DNA from: Heterodontus francisci | Taxonomy: Eukaryota | Length of the DNA stretch: 64,000 nucleotides | Assembly (NCBI RefSeq): GCF_036365525.1 | Contig: NC_090404.1 | Location: forward strand, 32,044,236-32,108,235 | Reading direction: 5' to 3' | In this document: positions 23,859 through 37,829 of the stretch, one piece after another | Numbering within the stretch: the stretch's first letter is position 1 | Layout: each line of letters starts with the position of its first letter | Position numbers and translations under genes: made by a program | The notes under the pieces: generated by a model | The model's database searches: none | What the model saw: the letters and a program-made list of their open reading frames with translations, nothing else | What the model was told of the DNA's origin: nothing

Positions 23859-24703
23859 CATGATGTACAGGACGTGCTACACGCCAGCGTTATGCTCAGT
23901 GCTGGCTGCTACATCGAACACAGGCTGTTTGAGCTAACGTTGTCTTCAAAATCAACCCATCACCCAAAAGGAAAGGCCCGCAAACATGGAAACTACCAGT
24001 TCATAGACTCTAGCTACCACAGGTAAAAGCTGTTTTCCAGAGAAAGCTTGAAGACAGACTTCGCAGTGATATAAACCCAGCAGAGCAGTGGGAATAGTTG
24101 AAACCCGTCCTACAAAAAACAACTGTGTAAGTTGTTAGCTTTTTAACCAGAGGAAACCAAGATAAGTTCGATAAAAGTGACATGAAAATCCAAGAGCTCC
24201 TTCAAAGGAAGCATTCCTGCCTTTATAGATTACTTCCTTGCCCCGATGACCAGGCTACAAAATCTGCATATAGGGTAGCCTACAGCACTCTGCAAACCAA
24301 ACTCCGGGTCATCCAAACCAGCTGGTGGACAGCGCTTGTGAGAGGTTATAAATGTATGGAGATATGGGAGATGTAAGATCCTCCTACGGAGCCTTGAGAT
24401 CTGTATATGGACCATCCCAGCAGCTGCAGGCACCATTAAAATCTTCAGGTGGCTCAATTCTGCTCCGAGATAAAGGATCCAGCTTGCACCTATGGCTAGC
24501 ACATTTTGAGACCCTATTTGGTGACCAGCAGACGGTGCTGAAACATGAGAAGTCCATCGCAGAGGTCTCTCCGAAGAAAGTGAAATCAAAGCTCTTGAAC
24601 TGACAACCCACGAAGAATTTAAGAACGCTGCAACAATAAAAGTTACACAAAGCCCTCGAAATAAATGGGATTCCAGCCAATGTCTATTAACTGGGAGGAA
24701 ATG

Positions 24704-25430
24704 TGGGCTGGAATGTTATGTTCAGTCAGTGGCCCTGCCCACCGGCTGAAAAGTCAGGGGAGACCGCCTCCAATAGACATGGAAACCATGCAGCAATTTT
24801 GCAGGCCCCCGGCCTTTAATTGATCACGGTCGGTACTTCCACCCCTTTGAAGCAGGAAGTCCCGTCCACAAGAGCTTCTGGCCAGTCAGATTGCCGTCAA
24901 TTCCTCCGTCCCAGCAGCGCCACCATTCCCAGTGGCGCACCCAGCCAGGAACAGCAAGAATGGAGGCTGCCCCGGAAGAGGTATGTGGGGATCAAGTCTC
25001 GCCAGGGAAAATCGGCAGGGCTCCAGCTTGGGATTATCAGACTGTAGGGCGGGTGGGGGGGGGGAATTTCGCAAGGGCTTGCCGGACCCCTGGGGGCCCT
25101 CCATGGGACAGACTGTTCCCGATCAGCAGGCCCTCCCTGGCCCGCAAGAGGCCGCCAGGTATTGCTGAACGGCCTGCTCAGGTGCTGAAGTACCCGTCGG
25201 TTGCTGGTAATATGTCAGTGACAGCGCAAAGAGACCGCTATGAGGCAACTAATTGACCCCTTAAGGGCTTCAATTGGCGTGGGGCAGATGGGCCATTTGC
25301 CATATCCCCTGCCACTGATAAAATAGCAGTGTCAAGGTAGACAACGGGATTGGAAGACCCTGCGTCCCACCTAATTTTATGCCCCATCTCCTAGCCCACT
25401 CTCAGGGTGCAGAGGTGTAAAAGTCTGGCC
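24704..25430. mobile_element. GC-rich MITE-like DNA transposon (PIF/Harbinger-like ends) inside RTE
   Basis: GGGCTGGAATGTTA... and ...TAAAAGTCTGGCC imperfect TIRs; RTE sequence resumes after it. Confidence 0.6.
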
Positions 25431-27105
25431 ATGCCTCTTGGTAGGCTTAAAGATCTGTTTACAGTATTCTAGGAGCAAGGGGAAGTGTCTCAGAACCTTG
25501 GTGATGCAATGGTAGTTTCACACTGCAACAACAAGGGAGAGAAGTCTTACTGTTCAAGTTATAGAGGCATCACCTTACTATCCATTGCAGGCAAAATCTT
25601 GGATAAAGTACTTCTACATAGACTTGATCCAACAATAGATGAAGAAAGTCTGCATGAAAGTCAGTACGGATTTCGTACCAATAGGGGAACTACAAACATG
25701 ATTTTTGTGCTGAGACTGATCCAGAAGTGTAGAGAAGTAAACATGAGTCTGTATGATACTTTTGTAGATCTCACCAAGGCGTTCGGTACAGTCAGCTGGT
25801 GTGGACTTTGGAAGATACTATCTGGATTGGAGTGCCCTCCAAGGTTTCTCAACATTCTCTGTCAACTGCACGAAGGCCATAAAGGCAAGATCAAACAGAA
25901 TGGAGCCCTGTCAGACAATTTTATATCTCCAATGGTGTTAATTAAGCATGTGTTATGGAATATGATGCTTCCAGAGGTAAAGGCAGACTTGACAGAGGGC
26001 AAATCCCGCTTCTGATCAGACACAGTCTCTTCAGCAAATTCCAAAGCCACAGAAGAGTTTATTGTGGAGCTTCGGTTTGCTGTCAATTGCACCTTTTTGG
26101 CACATATGTACGAGGCAATGCAACTCACTGTAAACTGTTTCTCTCAGGTAGCAAATGCCTTTTGCCTTATTTTTAGCCCAAAGAAAACCAAAGTGCCAGA
26201 TCAACCAGAGTCCTGAGGAAATTGCAATGCACCACATTTCAGCATTAAAAGCATGAACTTCAATGCAGTATAATAGTTTACCTATCAAGGTCGCATTATC
26301 TCAAATGAAGCCATCGTCAACAAAGTCATGGACAAGCGACGGTCCCATAACAACAGCTCCTTCATCTGCATCTCAACGCTTGTCTGGCTAAACCACCTAC
26401 ATCTCTACGAAGATCTGAGTTGTCATCACAACCCTGCTTTATGGGTTAGAATCATGGGTGCTGTGCAGTAAACGAAAGCAAATGCTTCCATCAATGCTTT
26501 TTGACCCATCATGAACATTAGATGGTAGGACTACATCACAAACAGGGCCAGTATGCCCAGCATTGAATGCATTCTCTTACTATGCAGGACATGTGTCACA
26601 TATGGAGAATTCCAGATTGCCAAAAGCAGTGCTTTATGGTGAACTATGGTCCGATAAGTGAGATCAAGGTGCACTACACAAACTCCTCAAAGACCAGCTG
26701 AAAAAACAATTCTCTCTGGCTGGCATTGACCGACTGGTGCGGGAGCAGGAGCTGCTGACAGAGACAGTTGTCACACAACAGATAGGAAAGCAACCTACAA
26801 GTTTAAAACAAACAGACATGAGGTTGCTGAAGACGTGTGCAGACAGCGGAAGGAGTCTGCTTACAATATAGAACCTCCAAACCCGGGGCTTTTATGCCTC
26901 AACTGTTGAAGAGACTGCAGATGAAAAATTAGCCTCTCCAATCACAAAAGATAATACCAATTACCACAGAGACAAGCTTTCCATGATCGCCTATGAAGAA
27001 TCGGCCATCATCATCATCATCATCAGGATCCTTCGTAAGGGCATTGGATAAATACCTGAAGGAGAATAATGCAAGGATGTGGGGAAACAGCCAAGGACTG
27101 AAACT

Positions 27106-27307
27106 AGGTTGATAGGTAAATTGGCCTTTATAAATTGCCCCTAGTGTAGGTAGGTGGTAGGGAAATATAGGGACAGCTGGGGATGTGGTAGGAATATGGA
27201 ATTAGTGTAGGATTAGTATAAATGGGTGGTTGATGGTCGGCACAGACTCGGTGGGCCAAAAGGCCTGTTTCAGTGCTGTATCTCTAAATAAAAAAAATAA
27301 ATAAATA
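27106..27307 (+). mobile_element. 5'-truncated HE1-like SINE
   Basis: Matches the 3' part of the SINE at 11826. Confidence 0.85.
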
Positions 27308-27404
27308 ACTGGATCAGTCTTTGAAAGAGCGGGCAGAGGCTCGATAGGACAAATGTTCTCTTTCTATGCTGTGCTGTTCTCTGACTCTGTGAAACCATCA
27401 ATCT

Positions 27405-27795
27405 CATCTTGCATTTAAATAGCGCCTCTAATGCAATAAAATGTCACAAGGCGTTTCACAGGAGCATTGCCAAACACCGTGCCATACAAGATGAGAGAAG
27501 GCCAGGTTACTGAAAGCTTGGTGAACAGGTAGGTTTTAAGGACAGTATTACAGAAGAAGAGAGAAATAGAAAGGAAATTCCAGAACGTAGTATCCTGGCA
27601 ACAGAAGTTGTCACTAATGATGGAGCAATGGAAATCAGGGAGGCACAAAAGATCAGAATTGAACTAAAGCAGAAATCTCGGAGGATCATAGCGCTGCAGC
27701 TGGCTGCAGAAATAGGGAACAGCAAAGTCATGCAGGGATGTGAAAAATTATGATGACAATTTTAAAATTGAAGCAGACTGGGAGTCAAAGTCGGT
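27405..27795 (-). mobile_element. L2-type LINE 3' tail fragment
   Basis: TTGCATTTAAATAGCGCCT..CAAGGCGTTTCACAG end; similar piece at 46470-46650. Confidence 0.55.
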
Positions 27796-28484
27796 CACCA
27801 AACACCCCCGGGTTACAATAATTTAATCAACTATTTATCTGATGTCATGCTTTCCGGTGGCATTTCAGACACAGGGGCAGCTGACATCAAGCCAAAAAAC
27901 AACCTACTGTCCATACATTATCACCAATTCATAAACTGGCGCACATTCCCAAATGACAAGATGGGTTGGAGTATGCGAGTGAGAATGAACAACTGTTGCT
28001 TTTCTCCCAGAACTTTTTGCCTTCTCCTTGTGGAAATTTCCACCCTTCACCGGTCATTAGAAATGGAAGCAGAGGTGGAAACTTGTTTGAACTTTTGGGA
28101 AACATTTTTTGCTGAAATTAATAAACAGGAAGGAAAGCATTCCCCGTGTTCCACTCTGCCATTACCAACAAGCCGGGTGACCAACCCTAGTTCAATGAAG
28201 AGTGTAGGAGGGCATGACAAGAGCAGAAACAGGCAAACATAAAAATGAGGGGTCAGCCTGTTGAAGCTACAACATAGGGATGTTAGTGTGCCAAACAGCG
28301 CAAGCAGCATGCAATAGAAAGAGCTAAGCGATCCCACAACCAACAGATCAGATCTAAGTTCTGCAGTCCTGCCACATCCAGTCGGCAATGGCGGTGGACA
28401 ATTAAACACCTGACAGGAGGAGGCGTTTTCACAAATATCCCCCTCCTCAATGATGGGGGAGCCAGGCACATCAGTGCAAAACAC

Positions 28485-29805
28485 ATTCAATACGATCATG
28501 GCTGATCACCCACTTCAATGCTTTTTCCCCGACACTATCCTCATATTCCTTCATGTCTTTGGGTGGCACAGTGGCACAGTGGCTAGCACCGCAGCCTCAT
28601 AACTCCAATGAGGCGGGTTCAATTCTGCGTACTGTCTGTGTGGAGTTTGCAAGTTCTCCCTGTGTCTGCATGGATTTTCGCTGGGTACTCCAGTTTCCTC
28701 CCACCACAAAAGGCTTGCAGCTTGATAGGTAAATTGGCCATTATAAATTGCCCCTAATATAGGTAGGTGGTAGGGGGATATAAGGACAGGTGGGGATGTG
28801 GTAAGAATATGGGATTAGTGTAGGATTAGTATAAATGGGTGGTTGATGGACACAGACACGGTGGGCCGAAGATCCTGTTTCAGTGCTGTATCTCTAAATA
28901 AAATAAAAAATTAGTAATTAGAAAACTATCAATCGCTGTTTTGAGCATACTCAATGAGTGAGCTTCCACAGCCCTCTGGGGTAGAGAATAACAACCTTTT
29001 GAGTAAAGAATTTTCTCCTCATCTCTCTCCTAAGTGGCTCCCCCCCCCCCCCCCCCCACCCACTTACTTTGAAATTGCGTCCCATGGTTCTGGAGTTCCC
29101 CAGCAGGGGAAGCATCGCAGTGTCATCTACCCAGTCTATCTCTTTAAGTGTTTTGTAAGTTTCAATGAGATCACCTTTCATTCTTCGAAACTCTAGAGAA
29201 TACAGGCCTAGTTTCCCAAATCTCTCTTCATAGGACAGTCCTGCCACCCCGAGAACAAGTCTGGTGAACATTTGTTTCACTCCCTCTCCGGCAATAATAT
29301 CGTTCCAAAGGTAAGGGGACCAAAACTGCACACAGTAGACCAGGTGCGGTCTAACCAAGGTTCTATGCAATTCAAACAAGACATCACTACTCCAGTACTC
29401 AATCCTCTTGCGATAAAGGCTTGCATACCATTAGCCTTCCGAAATGCTGACTGAACCTGCATGTTAGCTTTCAGTGACTTATTGACAAGGAAACACAGGT
29501 CCTTCTGTGCATCTGCATTTTCTAATCTCTTACCATTTAAGAAATACTCTGCACATCTATTCCTCCTACAAAGTGGATAACCTCACATTTTTCCACATTA
29601 TATTCCATCTGTTAGGTTCTTGCCCACTCATTAAGTCTGTCCAAATCCACTTGAAGACGCTTTGCATCTTCCACACAGCATGCATTCCCACCTAGTTTTG
29701 TGTCATCCACGAACTTGGAAATATTACATTTGGTCATCACATCCAAATCATTGATATATAGTGTGAATAGCTGGGGCCCAATTGCTAATGCGATCTCCCA
29801 CTAGT
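28485..29805 (-). mobile_element. CR1 LINE 3' fragment with nested SINE
   Basis: ORF 28951-29379 RPHLVYCVQFWSPY..LYSLEFRRMKGDLIE. Confidence 0.9.
28561..28909 (+). mobile_element. Full-length HE1-like SINE
   Basis: GGGTGGCACAGTGGCACAGTGG start, B-box GGTTCAATTC, TAAA tail. Confidence 0.9.
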
Positions 29806-29814
29806 CACTCAAGT

Positions 29815-31910
29815 CATTAGAGACTGCAAAGGCTATGGGCCCTGACAACATTCCAGCAACAGTCGTGAAGACTTGTGCTTCAGAACTATTCGCGCCCTTA
29901 GTCAAGCTGTTCCAGTACAGCTACAACATTGGCAGCTACCCGAGAATATGAAACATTGTCCAGGTATGTCCAACCCGGCAAGTTACTGACCTATCAAGCT
30001 ACTCTCGATCGTCAATAAAGTGACAGAAAAGTCATGGACGGTGCTATCAAGTGGCATTTGTTCAGTAATAACCTGCTCACTAACGCCCAATTCGGGTTCC
30101 ACCAGGGCCTGCTAAAGAGATCTTGACCTTACTACAGCCTTGGCCAAATATCGCAATAGAGCTGAACTCCAGGGATGAGATGAGTGAGACTGCCCTAGAC
30201 ATCAAGGCAGCATTTGCCCGAGTATGGCATCAAGGAGCCTTAGCAAAACTGGAGTCAATTAGATTCAGAGCAGAAGTTCTCCACTGGTGCAGTCGTACCT
30301 AGCAAAAAGAAGATAGTTGTGTTTTTGGAGGTCAATCATCTCAGTCCCAGGACATCACTGCAGGTATTTATTCGGGTAGTGTCCTAGGCCCAACCATTTT
30401 CAGCTGCTTCATCAATGACCTTCCTTCTATCATAAGGTCAGATGTGGGGATTCTCGTTGAAAGATTGTACAATGTTTAGCACAATTCGCAACTCCTCAGA
30501 TACTGAAGTAGCCCATGTCCACATGCAGCAATACCCGGGTTTGTGCTGATAAGCTACAATTTACAATAGGGCTGCATAAGTGCCAGGCAATGACGGTATC
30601 AAACAAGAGAGAATCTTACCATCTCCCCTTATGTTCAATGGCATTACCATCGCTGAATCCCCCACTATCCACATCCTGGGGATTACCATTGACCAGAAAC
30701 TGAGCTAGAACAGCCACATTAATGTTGTGGTTACAACAGGTGAGAGGCGAGGAATTCTGCGGCAAGTAACTCACCTCCTGACTCCCCAAAGCCTGTCCGC
30801 TAACTGCTAGGCACAAGGCAGGAGTGTGATGGGATAGTCTCCACTTGCCTGGATCGGCGCAGCTCCAACAACATTCAAGAAGCTCCATCCAGGACAAAGC
30901 AGCCCGCTTGATTGGCACCCCATCTACCACCTTCAACATTGACTCCCTTCACCACCGTTGCACAGTGGCAGCAATGTTTATCATCTACAAGATGCAACTT
31001 ACCAAGAATCTTTTGACAGCACCTTTCAAACCTGCGACCTCCATGACCTAGAAGCAGAAAGGCAACAGATGCATGGGAATACCACCACCTACAAGTTCCA
31101 CTCCAAGCCACACATCATCCTGTCTTGGAACTATATCACCGTTCCTTCACTGTCGCCAGATCAAAATCCTGGAACTCCCTTCCTAACAGCACCGAAGGTG
31201 TACATACCGCATATGGACTGCAGTGGTTCAAGAAGACAGCTCACCTCCATCTTCCCGACGGCAATAGGCAATTAATGCTGGCCGAGCCAGCGACGCCCAC
31301 ATTCCACGAATGGGTTTAAAAATGCGTCAATTGAAGTAATCATAAACCTTTTAAACTGAAGGGGTGTATAAGCTAACTTTATGCAACTGACCCTCATAAT
31401 TACATCATTTTCGTCCCGGTATTCTTGAGTATGGGAAGACAGCGGTTCCATCAATACTCAAGATGCTCAATACCATCCAGGATAAAGCAGCTCACTGAAT
31501 CAGCACGACATTCACCACCTTAAACATTCACTCCCTCCAACACCTATCTAAAATGGCAGCAGTGTGTGCCTTGTACAAGACGTTATGCAACAACTCACTA
31601 TGCCTCCTTCGACAGCACCTTACAAACCCGCAACCTCTTCCACTAAGAAGGATAAGGGCCGCAAATGCCTGGGAACACCAGTATCTGCAAGTTCCTCTCC
31701 AAGCCACACACCATCCGGACTTAGAAATATATCACCATTCCTTTACTGTTGCTGAATCTAAATCCTGGAATTCCGTCACTAACAGCATTGTGGGTGTTCC
31801 CACCCCACATGGATTGCAGCTGTTCAAAAAGGAAGATCACCACAACCTTCTCAAGGGCAATTAGGGATGGGGAACAAATGTTGTCACATCACATGTAACG
31901 AATGAAATAA
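29815..31910 (+). mobile_element. Second non-LTR LINE family (CR1/L2-group RT), plus a second 3' fragment at 31455-31910
   Basis: KAMGPDNIP, QFGF, LDIKAAF and GSVLGPTIF motifs; related pieces at 28150-28480, 49665-50695 and 52340-52530. Confidence 0.8.
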
Positions 31911-31997
31911 CTGATTACTTTTTAAGAATGTGCACTTGCTTTGGACGATTTGTGTAACTAGTCACCCAATTCCTTTGTTCCTCTACAGTTTGTCGTC

Positions 31998-32985
31998 TTT
32001 GAGTATTGCTGAAAATAGAAACATGTTGTCGAATCTCTTCGTCTTGAAGTCATCAGGACAACCGCAAGAATAACCAATGTGAGGGAAAAATACAAATTAT
32101 ACTGCATGAGAAGAGAATGCTGATTAGTTGGCAAGTGAATTCTGATTGGTAGAGACGTTGCCATGGCGAATGCACCAGTTTACGGTGACTGACAGTTAAT
32201 TGCCAAGCTTTGGTTAAAATTTAAACCAGCAGCTTGACACTCATTGGTCAAGACATTGTCCTAACGATTGAACCAGCGAACGGCTGTCACTTATTTTGTT
32301 CAGCTGAACCAGGCGAAATGTTTGTACATTGTCTGTAAGGAACAGGACCATGTATATTAATATATGCAGCTACCAGTATGCACAAATGCACCACACTGTG
32401 AGCCCTACCGACAATTTTAAATTGGCTGTCAGTGCAATTCTTAGCACACAGTGGATTATTTAGCAAATATCGTCCAATTTCGGAATCATATCAAATGTTG
32501 GACACTGTGTTTTGAGTTTTGCAAGCACGGGCTGGTTGGGTATGGCCCGTACCTTGCTGAGGCAAACAGCAGAAGGGACATGTTGTTTGATACGATCCGC
32601 CAATCTTTGGGCCGTATGGCCAATATACCTAGCATCAGACTGGCATTGAAATTCATACATCACATTACTCATTTGTATGATAGGCAGGACATATTTTTGG
32701 CTTGATAGCAGCATCCTCTTAATGGTGAACGCCACACGTGTTATGACTGCGTAGTAACAGGGAGAAACTGCTAGCTTTACCTGTTGCTCAAATTTTTGGG
32801 ACAAATTACCCTTCCAGCGTAATTTGAGGCAGACCAGGCATTTTAAAGGGCCGAAAAATATGGCCTTAGGCCCATTCATACGTTTGTGCGAAATATAGCA
32901 AGAACTAATATGATCACGGTAACCATCATCACGCAGGATATCTTCGATTCGCCCTATTTCCAACCCTTCAATCAAAGTCCCCAAT
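31998..32985 (-). mobile_element. Penelope-like element, GIY-YIG domain and terminal repeat
   Basis: ORF 32460-32984 SNVMYEFQCQSDARYIGHTAQRLADRIKQHVP. Confidence 0.85.
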
Positions 32986-33004
32986 CAAAATATATGAGTA
33001 TGAT

Positions 33005-33480
33005 TGTGGTGGGAGAAACGTACTGTTAATTCAATCCCGTCCCTCCACAGATCGCTTAACATATCATTTTAAACTTTCCAAATTAAAAAAAGGACCCTGG
33101 CACATTGTACCATCAATTACCCTGCAATGAGGCTAACCAAAACTGATGTATTTAAATCAACAAATTAACTGTTTAATTAGAAAAACTAAATTCTTAAACA
33201 TTATGAAGATATAAACAACATCTAAAAATTGAAAAAAAAGAGACTTTGCAGATTTCCGCTCCTGCCGGATGTGAAGTCCTCTCAGCTATCCGATGGTGAA
33301 AAAAAGATTCTGCAACAGTAGAACAGTCCATAGACTAAATCAGAAATCGAAATAGTTGCTCCTTTCCCAGCGATGAAATTCAACAATTAACAAATTGCAA
33401 CCGCAACCACTTTTAAAAGAATCAATTTTTGATGGATAAAAGTTTGTCACAGTCTCACTTCCCTTCCATCAGGAAGAGTC
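33005..33480 (-). mobile_element. Partial LTR related to the solo LTR at 22510
   Basis: Shared TG..ACTGTTAATTCA..CCACAG.TC terminus. Confidence 0.6.
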
Positions 33481-33589
33481 TGTCACTCTAGAATTGGCCC
33501 TTATAGCCACCCCAGGCGCTGCTCCACAAACTACTGACCACCTCTAGGCGCTTACCCATTGTCTCTCAAGACAAGGGAGCCAAAGCAGA

Positions 33590-35095
33590 AGATTTGGAGC
33601 CTCTTTGTGCCTTCTTCACATCTTATAGCTTTGTATCATCAGCAAACTTAGATACATCATTCTCCGTATCTTCATGTAAGTTATTAATATGGACTGTAAA
33701 TATCTGAGGCCTCAGCACTGCTAATTGTGGCAGTCCAATAGTTACAGCCTGCCAACATGAAAACGTCAACTTTATCCCACTGTCTGTTCCTTATTCGTTT
33801 ACCAATCCTCCATCTATGCTATTTTTTTTTACCCCAACTCCATGAGCCCTTATCTTGCCTATTTATCTTTTGTGTGGAACCTTATCGATTGTTTTTTTGG
33901 CAATCCAGGTATGCTACATATACGGGTTCCCCTTTATCTACCCTACTAGTTATGTCCTCAAAACGGAAAATAAATTTCTCAAACACGATTTCTCTTTCGT
34001 AAAACCATATTGACTCTGACGGACAATACTATGATTTTGTAAGGGCATTGTTAATTCTTCCTTAATAAATGATTCAAGCACTTTGCCGATGACTGAATTC
34101 ACGCTAACTGGGCAGTGGTTCTCTGTTTTCTCTAACTCTCCGTTCTTGAATAGAACTTTCAGTCTGCTGGGACCCGTCTGGAATCTAGGAAATTTTGGAA
34201 AATGGCAGCAAGTGCATGCAATATCTCTGCAGTTATTTATTTTTAAACCCGTGGATATAGGGCATCAGGTCCTAGCGATTTGTTAGCTTTTAGGCCATGA
34301 ATCTTCTCCAATGCTTTTTCTCTGCTGACATTAATTACCTTAGGTTCATTACACATAATAGCTCTTTAGTTTCCTTTCATTTCTGGTATATAATTTGTGA
34401 CTTCGACTGTGAAGACAGACACATTTTGTTTTTGCTCTACGTCTCTGCCATTACTTCATTCGCCATGGTAATTTCTCGTGTCTCTGCCTCTGTGGGACGA
34501 AAGCTTACTTTAGCTACTCTCCTCCATTTTATGTACTTGTAAAAGCTCTTACAACCTGTTTCTATATTCCTGGCTGGCTATTCTCACCTTCTATGTTTCC
34601 CTTTTTATCAACATTTTGCCTGCTCTTTGCTGATTCATGAATCACTTCCAGTCCCCAGACGTATTAATCTCATACCACCATTAACATACCTGGTAATCCA
34701 TAAATTGATTTTTCATGCTGAGTTTTTGCTTGTTGATGGAATATATTTTTGGTGAACATTTTGAATTATTTATTTTTAAATGCTTCCCACTGTTAATTTA
34801 CCTGCATACCTTTCAGTTCATTTACCCAATCAACCTTAGACAGTTCTGCCCTCATACATATGCTTTGTCTGAGTTTAAAATACTTGTTGGTGGCTGGAGT
34901 ACGTTGAGTTCAAAATTAATATGGAATTCAATAGTATTATGATCGTGTTTTCCCAAAGAATCTTTTGCTATGATATAACTAATTAAAACCGCGCATTCAC
35001 AATACTACATCTAAAATAGCTTAATACCTAGCTGGTTCCACCACATAGTGTTCCAGGAAATTGCCATGAAATCACCTACAAACTCATCTTCCAAG
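33590..35095 (-). mobile_element. Degraded CR1 LINE
   Basis: Reverse strand contains FADDTK-, LDCQK- and PGP-like segments. Confidence 0.75.
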
Positions 35096-35939
35096 AATGA
35101 GAATTTTAAATGGAGGCATTGCTTAACCAGGAGACAATGTGGGTAAATGAGCACAAGGGTGAGGTATGAATTGGCCTTGATGCGAATTAGGATATGGGCA
35201 GCAATGTTTTGTATGACCTTAAATTTACATAAGATGGAGCATGGAGGCTGGCCAGGAGTGTGTTGGAATAGTCAAGTCTAGAGATAACCAAGACATGGAT
35301 GAGGGTTTCAACAGCAGATGAGTTGAGGTAGGCGCATGCAAGATATTGGAGGTGAAGATATGTATATACAACAGGAAATACATTCCAGATAATAACGTTT
35401 CACTGAGTAAAATAATGTCTCCTCATCTCGCCTCTGGATTTTTTTGCCAATACCTTAACTTCTATTATCTGAGAAATTCTATATTAATATGAAACCTAAG
35501 AGAATTAGAGAGGCATGAAGGAAGGTATAATTTTGTGCTGGAGAAAGCTGAATTCACTTTTGCGTTAAGAAGCCGATAGGAAGGCCTCGTCTTGTAGTGC
35601 AGGACACCTGAAATGTTGGAAAAAGTAAGGCAGAGAAGGAACCCAATAAGGAAGAAGCATTTCGCTGGATACAGACTCGGTCTTGAATATCCTGTAATTT
35701 GCATGACGAAGGGAAGCTATGATCATCAGGAGTTCAGGTGCATGTAGCTTTGGGAGGCAAATTACTTCCAAAGTGAAAAAGAAATGGTAATCCGTGTGTG
35801 TTATTCGGACATCTATGTAAGAGAATGTCGCACATAGATCGGCATTAGTCAGAATTGTCAAGCAAAACAAGATAACCGGGTAAGCTAAAACTAGATGTTA
35901 TTTTTCCTTCCTTCATTCCTTCCTCTGCAATTATTTAGT

Positions 35940-36575
35940 GCGAACAGTGAATCAAAATGTCACATCTGGAAGTTGTGACCTTACAGAATTTCTATACCTG
36001 CTGTGTTATTGTGCAGACAGTCCGTGTGACTATGGCTCTGTATTCGTTCACACACAGGTAAGCCACAGTACACCTGACTTGTACACTTGTGGTTGCCAGT
36101 TGCATTTGTCAATGGATTTTGATGGTGCATCTACATGCCGTATATTCATTATCAAATACTGAGATGAGTCACACTGGCATTTGACCTGTTCTTTCGACGA
36201 ACCAATTCCAGCTATTGGTAGTTTCTTTTTTTCGTGGTTACACTCCATTGTTACATTTGTTTCCTCATTACTGCCAACGACAGAATCGACGGTTTATAGC
36301 AGCTCCACATTGCAGATCTGTGGGACAAATGAACAAAGTCAATAATCATTCCAAATCTATGATTGGAAATAATTTATGAAGTTACGACAAGCTGTCAGGA
36401 AAACCTACGCTATGTAAAACTTAAAACCAGCAAAAGACGGTCTGATGTCAATTCTCGATTCACAACTCAAAATATATTAGAAATAATAATGAAATCAAAT
36501 CTGTAACTGTATGCCATTGCACCGCAGAACGAGCAGTCAATCGATCACAGTGCCTATATCCTTATATTTAATTTG
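35940..36575 (+). pseudogene. Possible highly degraded class A GPCR pseudogene (TM3-TM7 remnants)
   Basis: Across frameshifts: ADS/VTMALYSF (eroded DRY region), VVASCICQWILMV (TM4-like), HLTCSFD..SWLHSIVTFV (ECL2/TM5-like), CLYPYI*F at 36551-36574 (CL[D/N]PxIY-like). Confidence 0.3.
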
Positions 36576-37829
36576 AAAGGATCTGGCCGACTACTGGCAC
36601 GTCACTCCTCACTTTGGTAACGACCGCTCATTGTGTGCACGTGTCAGAAACTTGGCAAGAAGGTTTTCATATTTACCAGAATAACAAATTTGTAAAACAG
36701 CTGCGGAATAACTAATTGGAGATTAACTGGCCACTGTCAGATCCGGTATCAATTACAAGGTCACTATTAAAGCTGCTATCAGTTATAAGGTCACTGTTAA
36801 CGCTGGTATCAGTTACAGGGCCAATGCAAGGCAGAATCACCGTTAGTGCAATGTAACAATTAAAACTCGTGTGAGTTTTCAGGGTTTCAGGGTTTCAGTT
36901 AAAAGCTCATGGTTGGAATGTTAGACCGTGGGATCAGATGAAATCTTCATTTGTTGTAAGCTTTTCTTTTTATGTTAACATCTTATGCCCAGGCAGTGAG
37001 AGCAGCGACCTGTGACTAAAGCATTCTTCACTTGAAAGCAGGTCTGCAAATGCAGGGAGTCTCTCCCCCAATATCCAGGAATATAGGCAACTGTTTAAGC
37101 TGGTCCAGGAATCTCAGGGATGTTTAAAATTGTTGTCATTCTACATTGAGATAATGCAGCAAAGACAGAGTGGCAGAGTTGGATAAGGTCCTTTAATTGA
37201 GAGGTATCACAACTGTGAAACTTTTCATGCTGGGAATACAAAATGTTTTTTTTCTTTTGGAGATTTACTGACAGGGTACATAATTTTAAATTATTACTGA
37301 GAATTTAGGGATGCAATGTTAGTAAAATATGTTAATGCGAATAGTTGTTAGAGATATATGTATACAGATAATTATGAAAGAGATTTCTTGACTCAAATAG
37401 TTACTAAAAGGATGTGAGCCTCTGTCACAAGGAGCAACTTTATTTTTTTTTTCAAATCTGAAAGCTGAAGACCTTTAGAGCAGGGAATACAGGATCAAGC
37501 AGAAATTAGATTGGCTTGGCTAGATTTGGATTACTGTAGTCTGGCAAAAGTATGTTGGGCCAAATGGTTTCTTAAATTACTTAGCTGGAGATCGGAGTGG
37601 CGGCAGGTCGGCTTGGGAGGAGGCTGATCCAAAGCGGGTCCTGACAAAGAGAGCATGCGGCCCGAGGCCCTCCTTTACTTGGAGACCAGAGCGACGGCAG
37701 GCGGACCTGGGAAGAGGCTGATCCGAAGGGGCGGCAGGCTTTGTCTCTCTGTGTGTGCTGGCGCGAGCTGAGATTCGGAAGAGGGAAAACAAAACTTACA
37801 GTGACTTCACGGGAAATCTGCAATCAGTA

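Larger units (their letters stand above)
20935..27025 (+). mobile_element. Degraded near-full-length RTE-clade LINE with nested CR1, LTR and MITE
   Basis: LKLACWNV (APE start), GDFN, YRGITLLSIAGKIL, ESQYGFRTNRGT and FVDLTKAF motifs; (ATC)n 3' tail at ~27008-27025. Confidence 0.85.

Noticed and set aside
24820-25256. Overlapping GC-rich ORFs or CpG-island promoter
   Set aside because: Internal to a MITE-like insertion in an RTE.
35465-35885. Coding-like + frame with several TAG stops and a GTAAGC donor
   Set aside because: No family recognisable, and the implied 59-nt intron is implausibly short.
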